DNA of 64,000 nucleotides from contig AP024664.1 in the NCBI GenBank assembly GCA_024346625.1, positions 1,426,001-1,490,000 on the forward strand, given 5' to 3'. Positions 23,262 through 34,982 of this stretch are shown here, in pieces. The stretch comes from Williopsis jadinii (lineage: Eukaryota). The position numbers and the translations under genes were made by a program. The notes under the pieces were generated by a model. The model was given only the letters and a program-made list of their open reading frames with translations, searched no databases and was not told the origin of the DNA. The stretch's first letter is position 1. Every line of letters starts with the position of its first letter.

Positions 23262-26200
23262 TGTTAAACCTCCTCAAGATGTTATACCTCCTTGGAATAA
23301 CCCACGAGATTGTTAAAGAAGAGATAATAGCCCGTGAGGCTCCCCTTTTTCTGGTATGTGTGTGATCGTTCTACGGATAATTTATCGGGGAGATGTATCC
23401 CACCATTAATCAGTGCTTTCTAATTTTCAGTGCGATCCACACATTTTGCCCTTGCTGAGCTGGTGAAGATACGTGATCGAACACTTGGACAGCACGCTCA
23501 CTACAGTTCCCAGGCAAACACTTGAACCTCTCACTAACCAAGTTCAGATTAGAGCGATAAGTTCATTTCCTACAAAGTCGGTCTTGGAGAACTTTTAGAA
23601 CTAGTGCTCTATGAAGAGACCAAATGGTCCTGCGTGTTCATGTACATACGCCAATTGTAAATTGTCATTGCAACATAATTTTAGCACTTGATACTTTAAT
23701 CAGTCTTGAGAATTCACATCGTATTCTTTTCAATGCAACTCTAAATGGTCACTACGCTACTCACCTATGTGCTTCATGAGCTATTTCAGTCATTTACAAA
23801 CTCACAAACACCTCCTTGTTTTGATGTTGCCATAGCACACAGGTGAGGATTTTCGATTTGACTTTTCGTAAGATCTTACAGTTTGTCTGCTTTTCTTTTT
23901 CGTCTGTTAACGACCGGGACGCACACCGCAACACCGTATGTGTGTGAAAGTATCCGTGGGCTTTTCTCACCAGACTGGTGAGTTTTAGCCACTCAGGACG
24001 TGGACAATAACATACGACCTCCAATGTACGAGTCGGTCACCCTCAGACCAAGACAGCTAGTGGTACTCTGGAGCCAGGTGGGTCAAGAGTTAAGAATGTA
24101 CACTAGCTTCTGGCCTATGTCCAGAGTCCAGGTCCCATTTGGAATGGAAGTTTGATGACTTACCTCGTGCGTGCCAGTAACGAATAACACATTGCACTGC
24201 TGTGCGCTAGCCTGTTGGAATAACTTTGTTCGCTTCAACTCAATCATTCAGAGAGCTCCATGATCTAGATCGTTTGACCATTCCTACGTATCCATGACGT
24301 CCATAATTTTCGCCTGTTGGAATTTGAGCATTGTGCACTGTGTCGTTTGGGAAGTTACGGAGTTCCACCTCATACTGTTTCCCACTACATGAGACATACA
24401 TATCGTGGCCCAATTACTTTAACTGGGTATATCAATGATGTCGGACGCTTCACATCAATCTTATTTGAGTGCATTCTAAGAGGAGCTGAGATTGCGAAAG
24501 GTTGAGAGTTTCCGAGGTTTGAGAGCTTGTGCAAACTTTGTTTCACCTTCCTTACATCATTAGTCTGGACATTGCAGGTCGATCTGAATTCTAAATGCGC
24601 GTAGCCCCATGTGCCTTAAGAATGTATTCGTCCAACTAGCCGGGGGACGTTGAATAGCGTCAGTATCTCATAATCAAAGGTGGTCATTGGAACATCTCGG
24701 TTGTTGGGGGCCATACAACACACCTTCGTTTACCTCTGTGGACTAGTTCATAAGTTTGCTATCGTTAAGGTCCAAATTAGGTGGCATATTTTCCTAACTT
24801 GTATGGGTGTATGGGAGCTACTGATATAAAGTCGGACTGAATAGTTAGCCCCTCTCCACTATTGTTCTTCATTCCAGGACTAAATGTACCAGTACAAACA
24901 CTTTGGATGATTTTTCACTGCTTAATCATGGTGGTGGTGCATATAGCTAATTCACTCTGCTGCAGACGCCAAGGGTGCTGCCATATATGCTCGCTGAAAA
25001 CCAAGTAAAAAGTTTAAGACTTATTTGCAATTGCTCAGGGCAGACAGTTGAACTTCACAGATAATACTCTAACTTGAATGGTTGCGTGAGCGAATAGAAT
25101 CTCTATGATCCAACGGATATGTAGTGTTTAGTATCATTTTAGATATAGATGTCAGTTCAACGCTTTAAGATAGCTAAACACTTGTAGTGCATGGGCAAGC
25201 TGGTAGCCACTGGACGTTAACGAAAAAAGGGTTCGGTTTGAAGTGCTTCGAAGATGTCGGCGAGTGATTAGACTACCAAGCGAAACATATATAGTGTACC
25301 ACAATTGGGGACAGACTCATGGCCATGCCAGCGTGGCTATACATTCGTTTACAATGGAAATCACGAAACTTTCCTATACTGCAACTGGTCGATATTGTCC
25401 ATCAGATATATGGTGAAATACGCATCCCATGAGTTGCAAACACTGAGCAGTAAAAGACTTCCCATGCACTTCTGGAAATAAAGGAGACTGGTGCGTTATA
25501 GTCAAACCCCATCACGGCGAATGTGCCCTGCTAATGGCTACAGACAGTAGCTTTGATACGTCTTACAAGTTACATCGTTGTCGAAGATGATTGACATCGC
25601 TATACATGCTGTTTTCATGGAAATCACGCATACACGCCCGATCGCAGTACATTTGGAGCTTCCATCCGAACGTTTTTTCATTCAAGCCTCCAATCACTGA
25701 TCAGTACCATGTTTTGAAGTTGACAAACTCATGGATTGCTACATATGCGGTGCTTTAGAGTCTACACACACTAGAGGGGACAAAATCCAAATTACTCACT
25801 CGCATACATACATAAATCACGTACACAACTTGGATGGATTCACACTGATGACGCTACGTCGTCACGCGAAAGCCGGGAGTGGAACAGAAAAAAGGGAAAT
25901 TCTAACAGACAACTACAGGCTCAAGATACTGCAAACCGAATTAATCTATTTGTCCAGGAGTTGCCAACGTCGACCGAGTCCATGACTCCTCAAAATTCAA
26001 ATAGGGAACGAGACGGCTGTTGGCTCTCTTGGACTCGGGCTTCGGGTTTCTTTGTAATTATTACGATGTTGTACGCCCTTGTATTTTATAGCTGCTGGCG
26101 GAATTCACATGTACCATCAAGCTAGACACACATAAAAACCACATGAGAGATTAGCGCAAACCCTGCTATTGGGTTGGCGCACGTCCGCCCAAAGAACATC

Positions 26201-27307
26201 TAGGCAAAGAATCAGTGATCGTCTGAAATTGTGTTTTCCAAAGCAAATAAGTGACCAACCATAGTATTTAACGCTGGGAAAAAGGAGTCTCGTGGCTGAA
26301 ACTACGTACGCTTGGTAAGCAAACGGTTGATGGCCTGTGGTTTGCTAATGTCTTCATATGGGTAATGGGGATTCACGAACTTGTGAACTATATCGATTGT
26401 AGATAAGTAAAGTAATGTCTACGTACATCCCATGTATAACAGGGGAGGCTAATATAAAACTTGGAAGAGGCGAGGCAAAAGTTGTCCCCAAAGGTGATGA
26501 AAAAAGGGAGGAAGAATAAACGGGAAATTTACAGGGAAAAAAAGAAAAGCGGAAGGAAAAAGAAAAGAAGGCAGGAGCCAGTGGTTAATTTTGAGTACCC
26601 AAAAGAAACTGTGCAGCTGTAAATTGTGGACCAGGTAGACACCAGAAGCTGGCTAATTTTAGGGAGCAACTTGGAGCTAAGTAATTTTGTTGTAGACTCT
26701 GAATATTGTTGAGTCAAGACTCATGAGTATTATTCATCCTACACCGAAGCTGTTGATTTGTATTCGGGATGGTGTAGTGTTGGCACAGTTGGTCTTTGTC
26801 TGCTGTAGGTGTAGTCTGGACCTTTTCCAAAACAGCATCGGCTAGTGGAACGGGCTACGGAACCCTACGGAGAGGAGGGCAATCGCAAAGACCAAAGAAA
26901 AGGATTGTCCTAATATTAACATTGGCCTGCGATACGTGACGCTGTGGACATCATGCATAACGTCTCAAAATTCTCATTTTGTTTTGCAGTTCGAGAAACT
27001 GCTAACCCAAGCAGCTGCCCAGTAAAGAAGCCTTTTTTCTCGGACACTTTTGTGGGAAAGTTTTTCTTTTGGGGCAACATTATACAGACACGTACGTACA
27101 TTCATGAGGCTTTGATCACATACACCACATGTAGCTCGCACTTTAAAATTATGAAGCTCACAGAGTGGCATACATATCTTCACCTTAAGCTGGGCTGTTT
27201 GTAGAGAAGAGAGGGTTTATATATGAAATGGGTCGCCAAATATTCTTCATCCATTCTCTACTTTCCCAGATTATCAAAAGACGAAACACTCAATTCAACT
27301 CAACAAC

Positions 27308-28375
27308 ATGGATATCTCATTCCTATCACCAGAGGCGTTCATCCAAACGGCGCACAAGATGTATGCCCTGGACTCACTTGATCCAAATACGAACTGCGAA
27401 CTGTTGGCTCTAATATCAACCACAAAGCTGTCACACAACACGATGGTCCATGTTCTTTACTATCTGCATCTTTTGCTAACACACAGAACATATCTATATC
27501 ATCATCCCGCCACTCAAGGTCACAGCCAGAGTCGTCAACTTGGTTTCAACACTAGCTGCAGAGAAAAACTGCTACCCGCTCCTCATAGACGCACATCCGC
27601 TGACCTTTTCGAACTTTTAATTGTTCTCATGATGGTTGCCAACAAGGCGAACGATGATTCTAGTTACACAATGAAGACGTGGGAAAACCTCACACCTTTG
27701 AGTATTTCCGTACTACGAAAGCGTGAACTTATTGTGCTCAAGAAACTCAACTACAATGTGTTTCTAAAAACCGAAGATCATGCGAAGTGGTGCACACAAG
27801 TCTACGCCATGGTGAGAGGAGCACTTCCGAACGTGCACCACCAAGACGTTTCCCAACAAGGGCAACCGAAAGAAACATACCCAGTTCAGGCCGGACCTTT
27901 CAACACAACACCTGTTTGCAACGTTGTATCTTCCCTATCACCCTTGGACTCGTTGCCACTAACTCCAAGATCGCCTTCACTGGATTTGTTGTTATATGCG
28001 CATGCGCCAGTTGCAAGCTTACCAAAGCGCAAGCTCTACGATGGCAACGCAGAACAAAGATGTGCAAAGAGAAGTTGTTACAACAAAGCCAATGATAATA
28101 ACAATTCCTATGGAGTCGTAACAGATCTTACTTTTACTCAACCTCTCACGGCACCAAGCATTTCACTACCATTGCCAGCATTTCCATATGAACAGCAACA
28201 GCAACTCAATCAACAACAATACCAATATCACCACCAAAATCAGCTTCTGACTCCATTGAAACGTTTCGACTACGAGTATGAATTACAGGAGCATCCACAA
28301 GACTGTTCTTGTTGTGCTTTAACACGTATGACAGACGTTTATCACAACAACTTGAGAAATGGATTGAAACTTTAG
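27308..28375 (+). CDS. Pho85-type cyclin (Pcl5/Clg1-like)
   Basis: Cyclin-box segment LMMVANKANDDSSYTMKTW...RELIVLKKLNYNV; P/Q-rich tail; TATATA at 27218-27223. Confidence 0.75.
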   Translation: MDISFLSPEAFIQTAHKMYALDSLDPNTNCELLALISTTKLSHNTMVHVLYYLHLLLTHRTYLYHHPATQGHSQSRQLGFNTSCREKLLPAPHRRTSADLFELLIVLMMVANKANDDSSYTMKTWENLTPLSISVLRKRELIVLKKLNYNVFLKTEDHAKWCTQVYAMVRGALPNVHHQDVSQQGQPKETYPVQAGPFNTTPVCNVVSSLSPLDSLPLTPRSPSLDLLLYAHAPVASLPKRKLYDGNAEQRCAKRSCYNKANDNNNSYGVVTDLTFTQPLTAPSISLPLPAFPYEQQQQLNQQQYQYHHQNQLLTPLKRFDYEYELQEHPQDCSCCALTRMTDVYHNNLRNGLKL

Positions 28376-30789
28376 TTGAGATTCTGAAGGGAAATGGTGA
28401 ATCTAAGCATTGCGGTTTGGAAGCGGGATGTTTTACACATGTAACGTATGATGAGTAAAAAAAACATGAGAAAAGTCGGGCAGCATATTTAATGGAACAC
28501 ACAAGCTGCATCAAGGTGGGAATGTGGAAATGGAGAAGGACTGGGTACAAGTTAAGGTGTCTTCGGTGATGTGAACTATTCTAAAATTAATTAAGAGTCC
28601 ATGATGGACTAACAAATTGGAATGTCGCATTCATCTAGCTGTATGTTTACATACGTAGTTCCCGGAATGCGAACTAGATATAGTATCAAGGCTGATGACA
28701 AGTTTCAAGTTCAGCAAGGTGTTGCAGTCGGACACAACTATAATTGGGTGAGGTAAGCGATTACAAAGGCCCAGTGGTAAAAGATTTTGTCTGTAGGTTG
28801 TTTGATCCTATGTATGGCCCTGTTCCCCCCTCCTTCGCCCCCTATTTACCAGTTCATTGGATGGCAATTATATATGTTGTTTTACAATTTGAGACTTTGC
28901 CGTTTTTACCTGTACAAGCTTTGGTGTGAAACCATGCAGTAAAAGTCTACAAAAAATGTGATTACGATACATAGCAACAACTTTCGTCCATGATCTGGAT
29001 GCTGTCGAACGCCTTTGTCACTTTTCTTTGCGATTTTCAGGTCTGCGCAACCAATATGCTGTCCCAAAACATTGAACAGAAAATTCCAGTTAATATGCGT
29101 GCCAGCATCCCAGACCTGAGTCCTGACCATAAATGGTCCAAATATATACCTAGAGCTGATCACTAATTCTGTGTGGTCTTTTTTAATCGTTTTGAAGAGA
29201 AATAAGAGCAGTCAATCGTTTCAAACCGGGATCGAAAATACCTGTTAGTACATGACCCTACACACTGGGCTGTGAAAGGGTATTAATTACCGTGGTGTAG
29301 CCCACAACCCAGACGGAAAAGTACATACATAGCATGAAAATGCTCAATATTCAAGGCATAAAAATACAGGCACAGCCAAAAAAAAAAATTGATTGCTTGA
29401 ACTAGGTTTTATCACCTCTAGACATAGTCCAGCAAGATTTTACTCACATTCTCTTCTATGTTGTATACTCTCACCAGCAACACATATCTCACTCTATTGA
29501 TTGTTTTCATGCGCTTATATATGGTCTAAAGGCGATAAGTCAGCCAATACACGCTGATCAATTCCTAAAGCTAAACTCTGGATGGTGTACGATGATTATT
29601 TGGACGCATAGATATGCAGGCGTAGGCATAGCGCTTGATATAGACGCCAAATTCACTGAGCGTCTGTATTAACGTGTTCACTATTTTAGTCGATGAATTG
29701 CTTGAGGAGAGCAAAAGTTGTAACACTAATACGTGCACCTGGCATGGCAGCATGGCTTTTCCTGTTTTGCGATATGGGTTATGCTGATTCCGATCTGCCA
29801 GAGTTGGGACATTTTTAGCTAATCGTTAAATATAACCAAGGCAAGTCACAGAAGGCTGCGAGAATTCTGGCTTACGGTAACGTCTACACAGCTCCGCTTC
29901 AGACAAAACCGTCCCGTGGAATTTGGACAAGTTGTAATTTGGGCTTGTGGAAGGCGATCCCATTCATGAAACAGAGTTTGGAAATAATCACAACCACATT
30001 GCTGGAAACTCATCTCTTGCTTGCAAGTCCGTTGTAACGTTGTAACCTCTGAGAGGCCCAGCTTCTGGGTATTCTGAAACCTATTGTACTATCCTGTGTT
30101 TCCTTTTCTCATCCCTGACAACGATTATGGTGAAGCTGATGCAGTCAAGGCTAATTTCTATCCCAGAGTCCTGGCAGCTGCTACATGTGCATTTTGGTTG
30201 TAAACCACCCCCTAACTATTTTGCGTAAGGCTCCTTGTGCACAACACCGTTCAAGCCCGTTACATCGTCATCCACCGACAAACCATGGCCAAGTTGTCCA
30301 CATGTTGGCTAAGGTCCAACGCAGTGGTGGACAACATGTTCGTTGCTCATTAACCCCTCGTATGATGAAGCCCTGTCACATTATTAGAAAGCAGGGCATC
30401 ATATTTTCGCACGCTGCTTGGTCCTTCTGTATAATCAAGGATAACCCAAAGCCATTGTGGCATCTTAGCATGTCTCCAGGCTGTCAGCGATGCCCAAGTT
30501 CCTCTCTACCAAGCCAATAGAGAGAAATTTCGCCAACGCACCCGCAGGGCCCATCGGGGCTCGACACCTGGAGATGTGACAACCAAACCCAAACGCAATT
30601 CGCGAATTACGCTACAGACTTGCAGCCGACCCCAAAGAACAACAGGAACATGAAAAACAAACACAAAAACTCCAGTGCCATTTGATACCCTCGGAAAAGC
30701 TGTGGTACAACATCATCAGTGTTGACTACTGTGACGTCGTTTACGGTTAACAATATAATTCAGGCTGTTGTTATCAGAGCATTTATGAG

Positions 30790-32682
30790 ATGGAAGCGAC
30801 GGACTGTGCTGATAATTTACTCAAAGAATCTGTACTACAAGCGCTGTCGTTGCCTTCATCTCTTGATAACAACTTTAACGTTATATCATCCCCAGTTAAT
30901 GACGCCTATATGGTGAGCTGCGCGGACTGCATATCCGAGTCTCTAGCGAGAATACTCCTCAAGATGGATGGTACCTTGGAGTGTCCGACTTGTCACGAGC
31001 GTGTTACCATGGTGGGACCTGTGGAACCTTTACGGCGTATCTACAATCTGGTATCAGATGATACAGACAACCAATATGGGCATGAGGAAAAGAAGGAAAA
31101 TCTGTTGTCTTTGTTCTACTCCATTGCAAACACGGTAAACCAGCAAACCACTGTACCTACATCGTCGAAGTCTAAAAGGCTCCAGCGACCAAGTGAGGCA
31201 TCGATGTCAAAGAAGAGTGACATTCTCGTCACCTCGAGGTCTTCGTCGAACCTGTCCAAGCTTTCTTCAAACCCCTCGTCAAACCTGTCCAAGTTACCTT
31301 CCTCTTCTCTTTCGATGAAACAAAGCTCAAATGCATCAATACACACACATTCAACGCAGTCAATGTCCACACTCCCTACTGCTATGGTTCAAGGAGCCGC
31401 ACCTCAGCCACAACTGTCATCTATCAAATCACCAATACAGAAGAATAAGGAATTCTTCTTTGTGAAGTGCTTCCCCACATATAGACGCCATTATCAGTAC
31501 AGTACGCATTCGAAGTTTCTGAAGGCGAAATCGAAAACGTTCATTCAAACAAGGATCTCACCAGGTGCACAATTTTTCGCATTACTGTCCCCAAGGAAGT
31601 GGGAAGTCTACGAGATTCCAGAAGACCCTTCAAAACCACCAGTTTTACGCTGTGTAGGGAAATCCACTGGTGAGTATGGCCCAAACTTTGAAAATTTAGA
31701 AAAACCACCCATGAATGAGTTGAGAGAAGGTAACACTAATGCCAATGACTTCTTGAAGAAATTAGCTGATTGGGAACACCTGTATTGCTCTATCTCGGAC
31801 TCTTATCTTGTCATTTCAGGAACCCATGGAATTTTAAGGGTTTATGATTTGGGCTATCGTGGGAGACCAGTCTATCTATACGCATCCAACTTCCCAATCC
31901 GTTGTATTGACATCTCTCCCTCGTCAGAGCTTGTCGCTTATGGCATTACGGGTAAAGACCGCGTGAGTGGAGCTGAGCATGCACTTATTATGATGCACAA
32001 GCTAAATTTCAACAATGGATTGTTATTCAAAGTGGATTCTACAACTGTGAAACTCCCTTACAGGGATCCGATAAACAAAGTCTCGTTCTCTACGGATTCG
32101 AATTATCTGTCGTGTTCCACAGCATTGGAGTCTAGGTTCCTAACAGTCTTGGTTAAAGATGCTGAGCACCCAAAACTTGTTATGAAATCTTTAAGAACAC
32201 TGGATACTTCTTTAGAGTCCGAAGGTATCACAGATATCAAGATGTTTGACAACAGTCGATTTATGTGTGTCACATCTGTGGCCTTTAACGCATCTCCCAT
32301 CATCGTGGACAACAATATTGCACTAACAAACGGTTTAGAAACAGTTGCACAACCAAAGCTTGTGATGAAACTTTCAGAAGTTGGAACCCAAATTCACAAG
32401 TGTGCAATTTCGCCTAGAAATGACGCGGTGGCATTTGTTGATAGAAATGGAACAGTTTACTTAATGAACTCCACGAGAATGGACCAGGACCACAAGAGAT
32501 TTTTCATAGTGGATCAAGTGAGTAATGCATTTCGGGAAAGGGAATCCGCTAGTGCAATGTTCAGCGCCGACGGACACAGGCTGTATCTCGTTGATAGGAA
32601 GGGAATCCTTTATATTAACGATTTTGCATCCGGCTTGCCAAAAGATCCAGAGATTACTCGCTGTAAACCTCTTGAGAGATGA
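30790..32682 (+). CDS. PTR3: SPS amino-acid sensor component Ptr3
   Basis: N-terminal Cys motif CPTC..VGPVEPLRRIY, Ser-rich linker, WD40-like C-terminus with SLESEGITD. Confidence 0.85.
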   Translation: MEATDCADNLLKESVLQALSLPSSLDNNFNVISSPVNDAYMVSCADCISESLARILLKMDGTLECPTCHERVTMVGPVEPLRRIYNLVSDDTDNQYGHEEKKENLLSLFYSIANTVNQQTTVPTSSKSKRLQRPSEASMSKKSDILVTSRSSSNLSKLSSNPSSNLSKLPSSSLSMKQSSNASIHTHSTQSMSTLPTAMVQGAAPQPQLSSIKSPIQKNKEFFFVKCFPTYRRHYQYSTHSKFLKAKSKTFIQTRISPGAQFFALLSPRKWEVYEIPEDPSKPPVLRCVGKSTGEYGPNFENLEKPPMNELREGNTNANDFLKKLADWEHLYCSISDSYLVISGTHGILRVYDLGYRGRPVYLYASNFPIRCIDISPSSELVAYGITGKDRVSGAEHALIMMHKLNFNNGLLFKVDSTTVKLPYRDPINKVSFSTDSNYLSCSTALESRFLTVLVKDAEHPKLVMKSLRTLDTSLESEGITDIKMFDNSRFMCVTSVAFNASPIIVDNNIALTNGLETVAQPKLVMKLSEVGTQIHKCAISPRNDAVAFVDRNGTVYLMNSTRMDQDHKRFFIVDQVSNAFRERESASAMFSADGHRLYLVDRKGILYINDFASGLPKDPEITRCKPLER

Positions 32683-32830
32683 AAAACGTTTGTATTATAC
32701 ATTGCATAATTAATAATAGCATATCATTAACATGGATTCTTCGTGTAAACGAAACTTACGGTGAGGATGCGATCTCTACACACAGCTATCCCAGTAGCTC
32801 TCTAAGTTGAGTAGCCGTGAGATATATTGT

Positions 32831-33271
32831 TGATGTCCGGGTGTGTTTATGCAAGCGCCTCTTGGACGGATGATTCCCATATTAAGATGGTTTGAATTGT
32901 ATATAGATAGTTATTGTAGTTATAAAATACCTCAAAGATATTAAAGTTACAATTCTATACTTGTTTATCTGTATATCATTCGATATTTTATGAGATTTCT
33001 AGAAATTTTTGTTTTTTGGATAAGTCCATTTTCTACCATATAATTTACTGCAACAAGAAAACGATCAATGCTAAGTTACTAACATCTAGAGATTCTCAAT
33101 ACATATGGTCAAAATTACAACTATTAGCTAAACCAATTAGTCTTTTAATATATTAGCAAAGCTTTATAGCTATTTGAGCCGTGGTTGCTTATATTTACGA
33201 GCCAAAAATTCTCATGATTGTAGTTATCTAAAGCTGCGGTTGTAGTAGTGGCAACTAAAACCCGGACATCA
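32831..33271. other. AT-rich island bounded by a 12-bp perfect inverted repeat
   Basis: TGATGTCCGGGT (32831-32842) and ACCCGGACATCA (33260-33271). Hand count gives 76/300 G+C (25%) in 32881-33180. Function unknown. Confidence 0.8.
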
Positions 33272-33656
33272 TTCACGTTGTGGTTCATAGCGTGCAACGT
33301 ATATAGCATCTAGCGGTATTTACAGAGAAGGGATGTTTGTGTAGAATTTGAAGGTGTATGCCCCTTATATGATCGATGAAAGCGTGTTGTACCTGTGTGA
33401 TGGGAACATCCTTTTCATACTGAGACATGTCTGATGCGTGTCCAAGTAGTAACAGTGCTTTGATCGGATGACTAGTTTAGATATTGTACCGTCAATGGAA
33501 GGAGACTGATTACCTTAGGGAGGACATCTACAAAGTTGGCCAGCCATTACGATATGATGTGATATTTGATGATCTGATATCGAAGTGAGACTGAATAATT
33601 ATACAAGGCGGTACTGTGAAGCGTATCAAACGCATCAAGAGCCTGCTGCGGACATG

Positions 33657-34982
33657 TCAAACGAGCAAATTGGAAATGTTCATCACACCCTTTTCGCCTA
33701 TAGTATTAGGGGTTCCCTCATTGTTATCTGGCGGAGTCGAATTTTTGAACGAACCATTAGTAGATGCCGATGCCGATGTCGATGTAGGTGGGGGTAGCGT
33801 CGCTGAAGCACTCGAAAAAGAAAACTCCTTCTTAAAGACATCATCTTTCACTTCTGTAGTTTGCAACGAAGATATCAACTGTTGTGGAGGAGGTAGTTGT
33901 ATATGATTTTGTTGTATTGAGTCGTTCTGTTTCTGATAACCTGGTGTGGCCCCGTTGCCGTTACTTGTAGGTAATGACGAAAGTGGAGTTAATGGCATTA
34001 GGCCTGGCATTGGTGGGCCATGTGAAGTTTGGAGGTTAGGCGATAGATAAGAAGACGAGTAGGAGCCCTGACGTTTAGCCATATGGTTTGGAAAGAGATC
34101 GTGTGCCAAAGAAGATCTTCGTGATGTTGCTGACGAGTTGAGCAAGTTGTTCATACCGTTATACTCTGAGATGGAACTATTTCTCGAGGATCCAGTCCTC
34201 GAGTAGGGTGAAGAAGCTGCCGTCGTGAGTATTGTTTGGGTTGAATGACGACGAGCTGGCGGGTTGTTTCCGTACTCGTCAATAAGCCTTTTCAATCCTG
34301 GTTGTTGGAAATAAACCTCGTGCGAGATACTCGACGACCGTTTAATAGGAGGTAAGATGGGTGCTTGTGTATGTTGTGCATGGGAAGGTTGAGAGAGTGA
34401 TTGCTGCTGCTGCTGCTGCTGTTGCTGTTGTTGTTGTTGTTGCTGTTGCTGTTGTTGTAGCGATGGAAGGCTCTGTCTCTGCGAATACTGATAAGGGTCA
34501 AAAATCCCGGTATTAAACGTTGGTTGAGGAAGTTGTTGAACAGGTTGTTGTACAGGTTGTTGAACATGATGTGGATAACCTTGGGCCATAGGTTGGACGT
34601 CCTGGAGAATGGCATGTGAGGATGCCCTTCTTCTTCGATTTGCTCCACCGTTCCACCAGTTCTTAATGGCATTATCGGAACGGCCATTCAAATGCCTTGC
34701 AATTTCCGCCCATCTTTTACCATATTTGGCCACAAGCTCTTCAATAAGCTGTCCTTCTTCAGCTGTTATGGGATTACGATTCAGCGAAGGCTTCAGGTTC
34801 TGATGGTATCTCTCCCTGCACTGTTTTGGAGTTCTTGAGCCGAGACTCTGTGATATTCTTACCCAGTTTGCGGGCCCATAAAGGCGAATAGCATCCAGAA
34901 GTTTACGATCCTCTTCAGGAGACCATGGTCCCCTACGGATATTCTGCGCTGGTTCCTCCTTGTAAGAAACTTGGACGCTCAT
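33657..34982 (-). CDS. Two-repeat Myb transcription factor, FlbD/Rca-1-like, with polyQ
   Basis: RRGPWSPEED..KQCRERYHQNLKPSLNR..WAEIARHLNGRSDNAIKNWWNGG closely resembles Aspergillus FlbD; CAA/CAG tract at about 34400-34457. Confidence 0.88.
   Translation of the reverse strand: MSVQVSYKEEPAQNIRRGPWSPEEDRKLLDAIRLYGPANWVRISQSLGSRTPKQCRERYHQNLKPSLNRNPITAEEGQLIEELVAKYGKRWAEIARHLNGRSDNAIKNWWNGGANRRRRASSHAILQDVQPMAQGYPHHVQQPVQQPVQQLPQPTFNTGIFDPYQYSQRQSLPSLQQQQQQQQQQQQQQQQQQQSLSQPSHAQHTQAPILPPIKRSSSISHEVYFQQPGLKRLIDEYGNNPPARRHSTQTILTTAASSPYSRTGSSRNSSISEYNGMNNLLNSSATSRRSSLAHDLFPNHMAKRQGSYSSSYLSPNLQTSHGPPMPGLMPLTPLSSLPTSNGNGATPGYQKQNDSIQQNHIQLPPPQQLISSLQTTEVKDDVFKKEFSFSSASATLPPPTSTSASASTNGSFKNSTPPDNNEGTPNTIGEKGVMNISNLLV

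Noticed and set aside
27223..27413. Regulatory uORFs of the cyclin gene
   Set aside because: The ATGs directly follow the TATA element and are probably upstream of the transcription start.
11067..32682. Amino-acid-sensing gene cluster (permease, Pcl cyclin, PTR3)
   Set aside because: The genes are separated by many unrelated housekeeping genes; no evidence of functional clustering.
33077..33089. TACTAAC..TAG intron end inside the AT-rich island
   Set aside because: No matching GTGAGT/GTATGT donor and all downstream frames close quickly; likely chance in AT-rich DNA.
32831..33271. Firm call as a solo LTR or MITE (TG...CA ends)
   Set aside because: No target-site duplication (flanks ATTGT vs TTCAC) and no second copy in the window; kept only as an alternative explanation.
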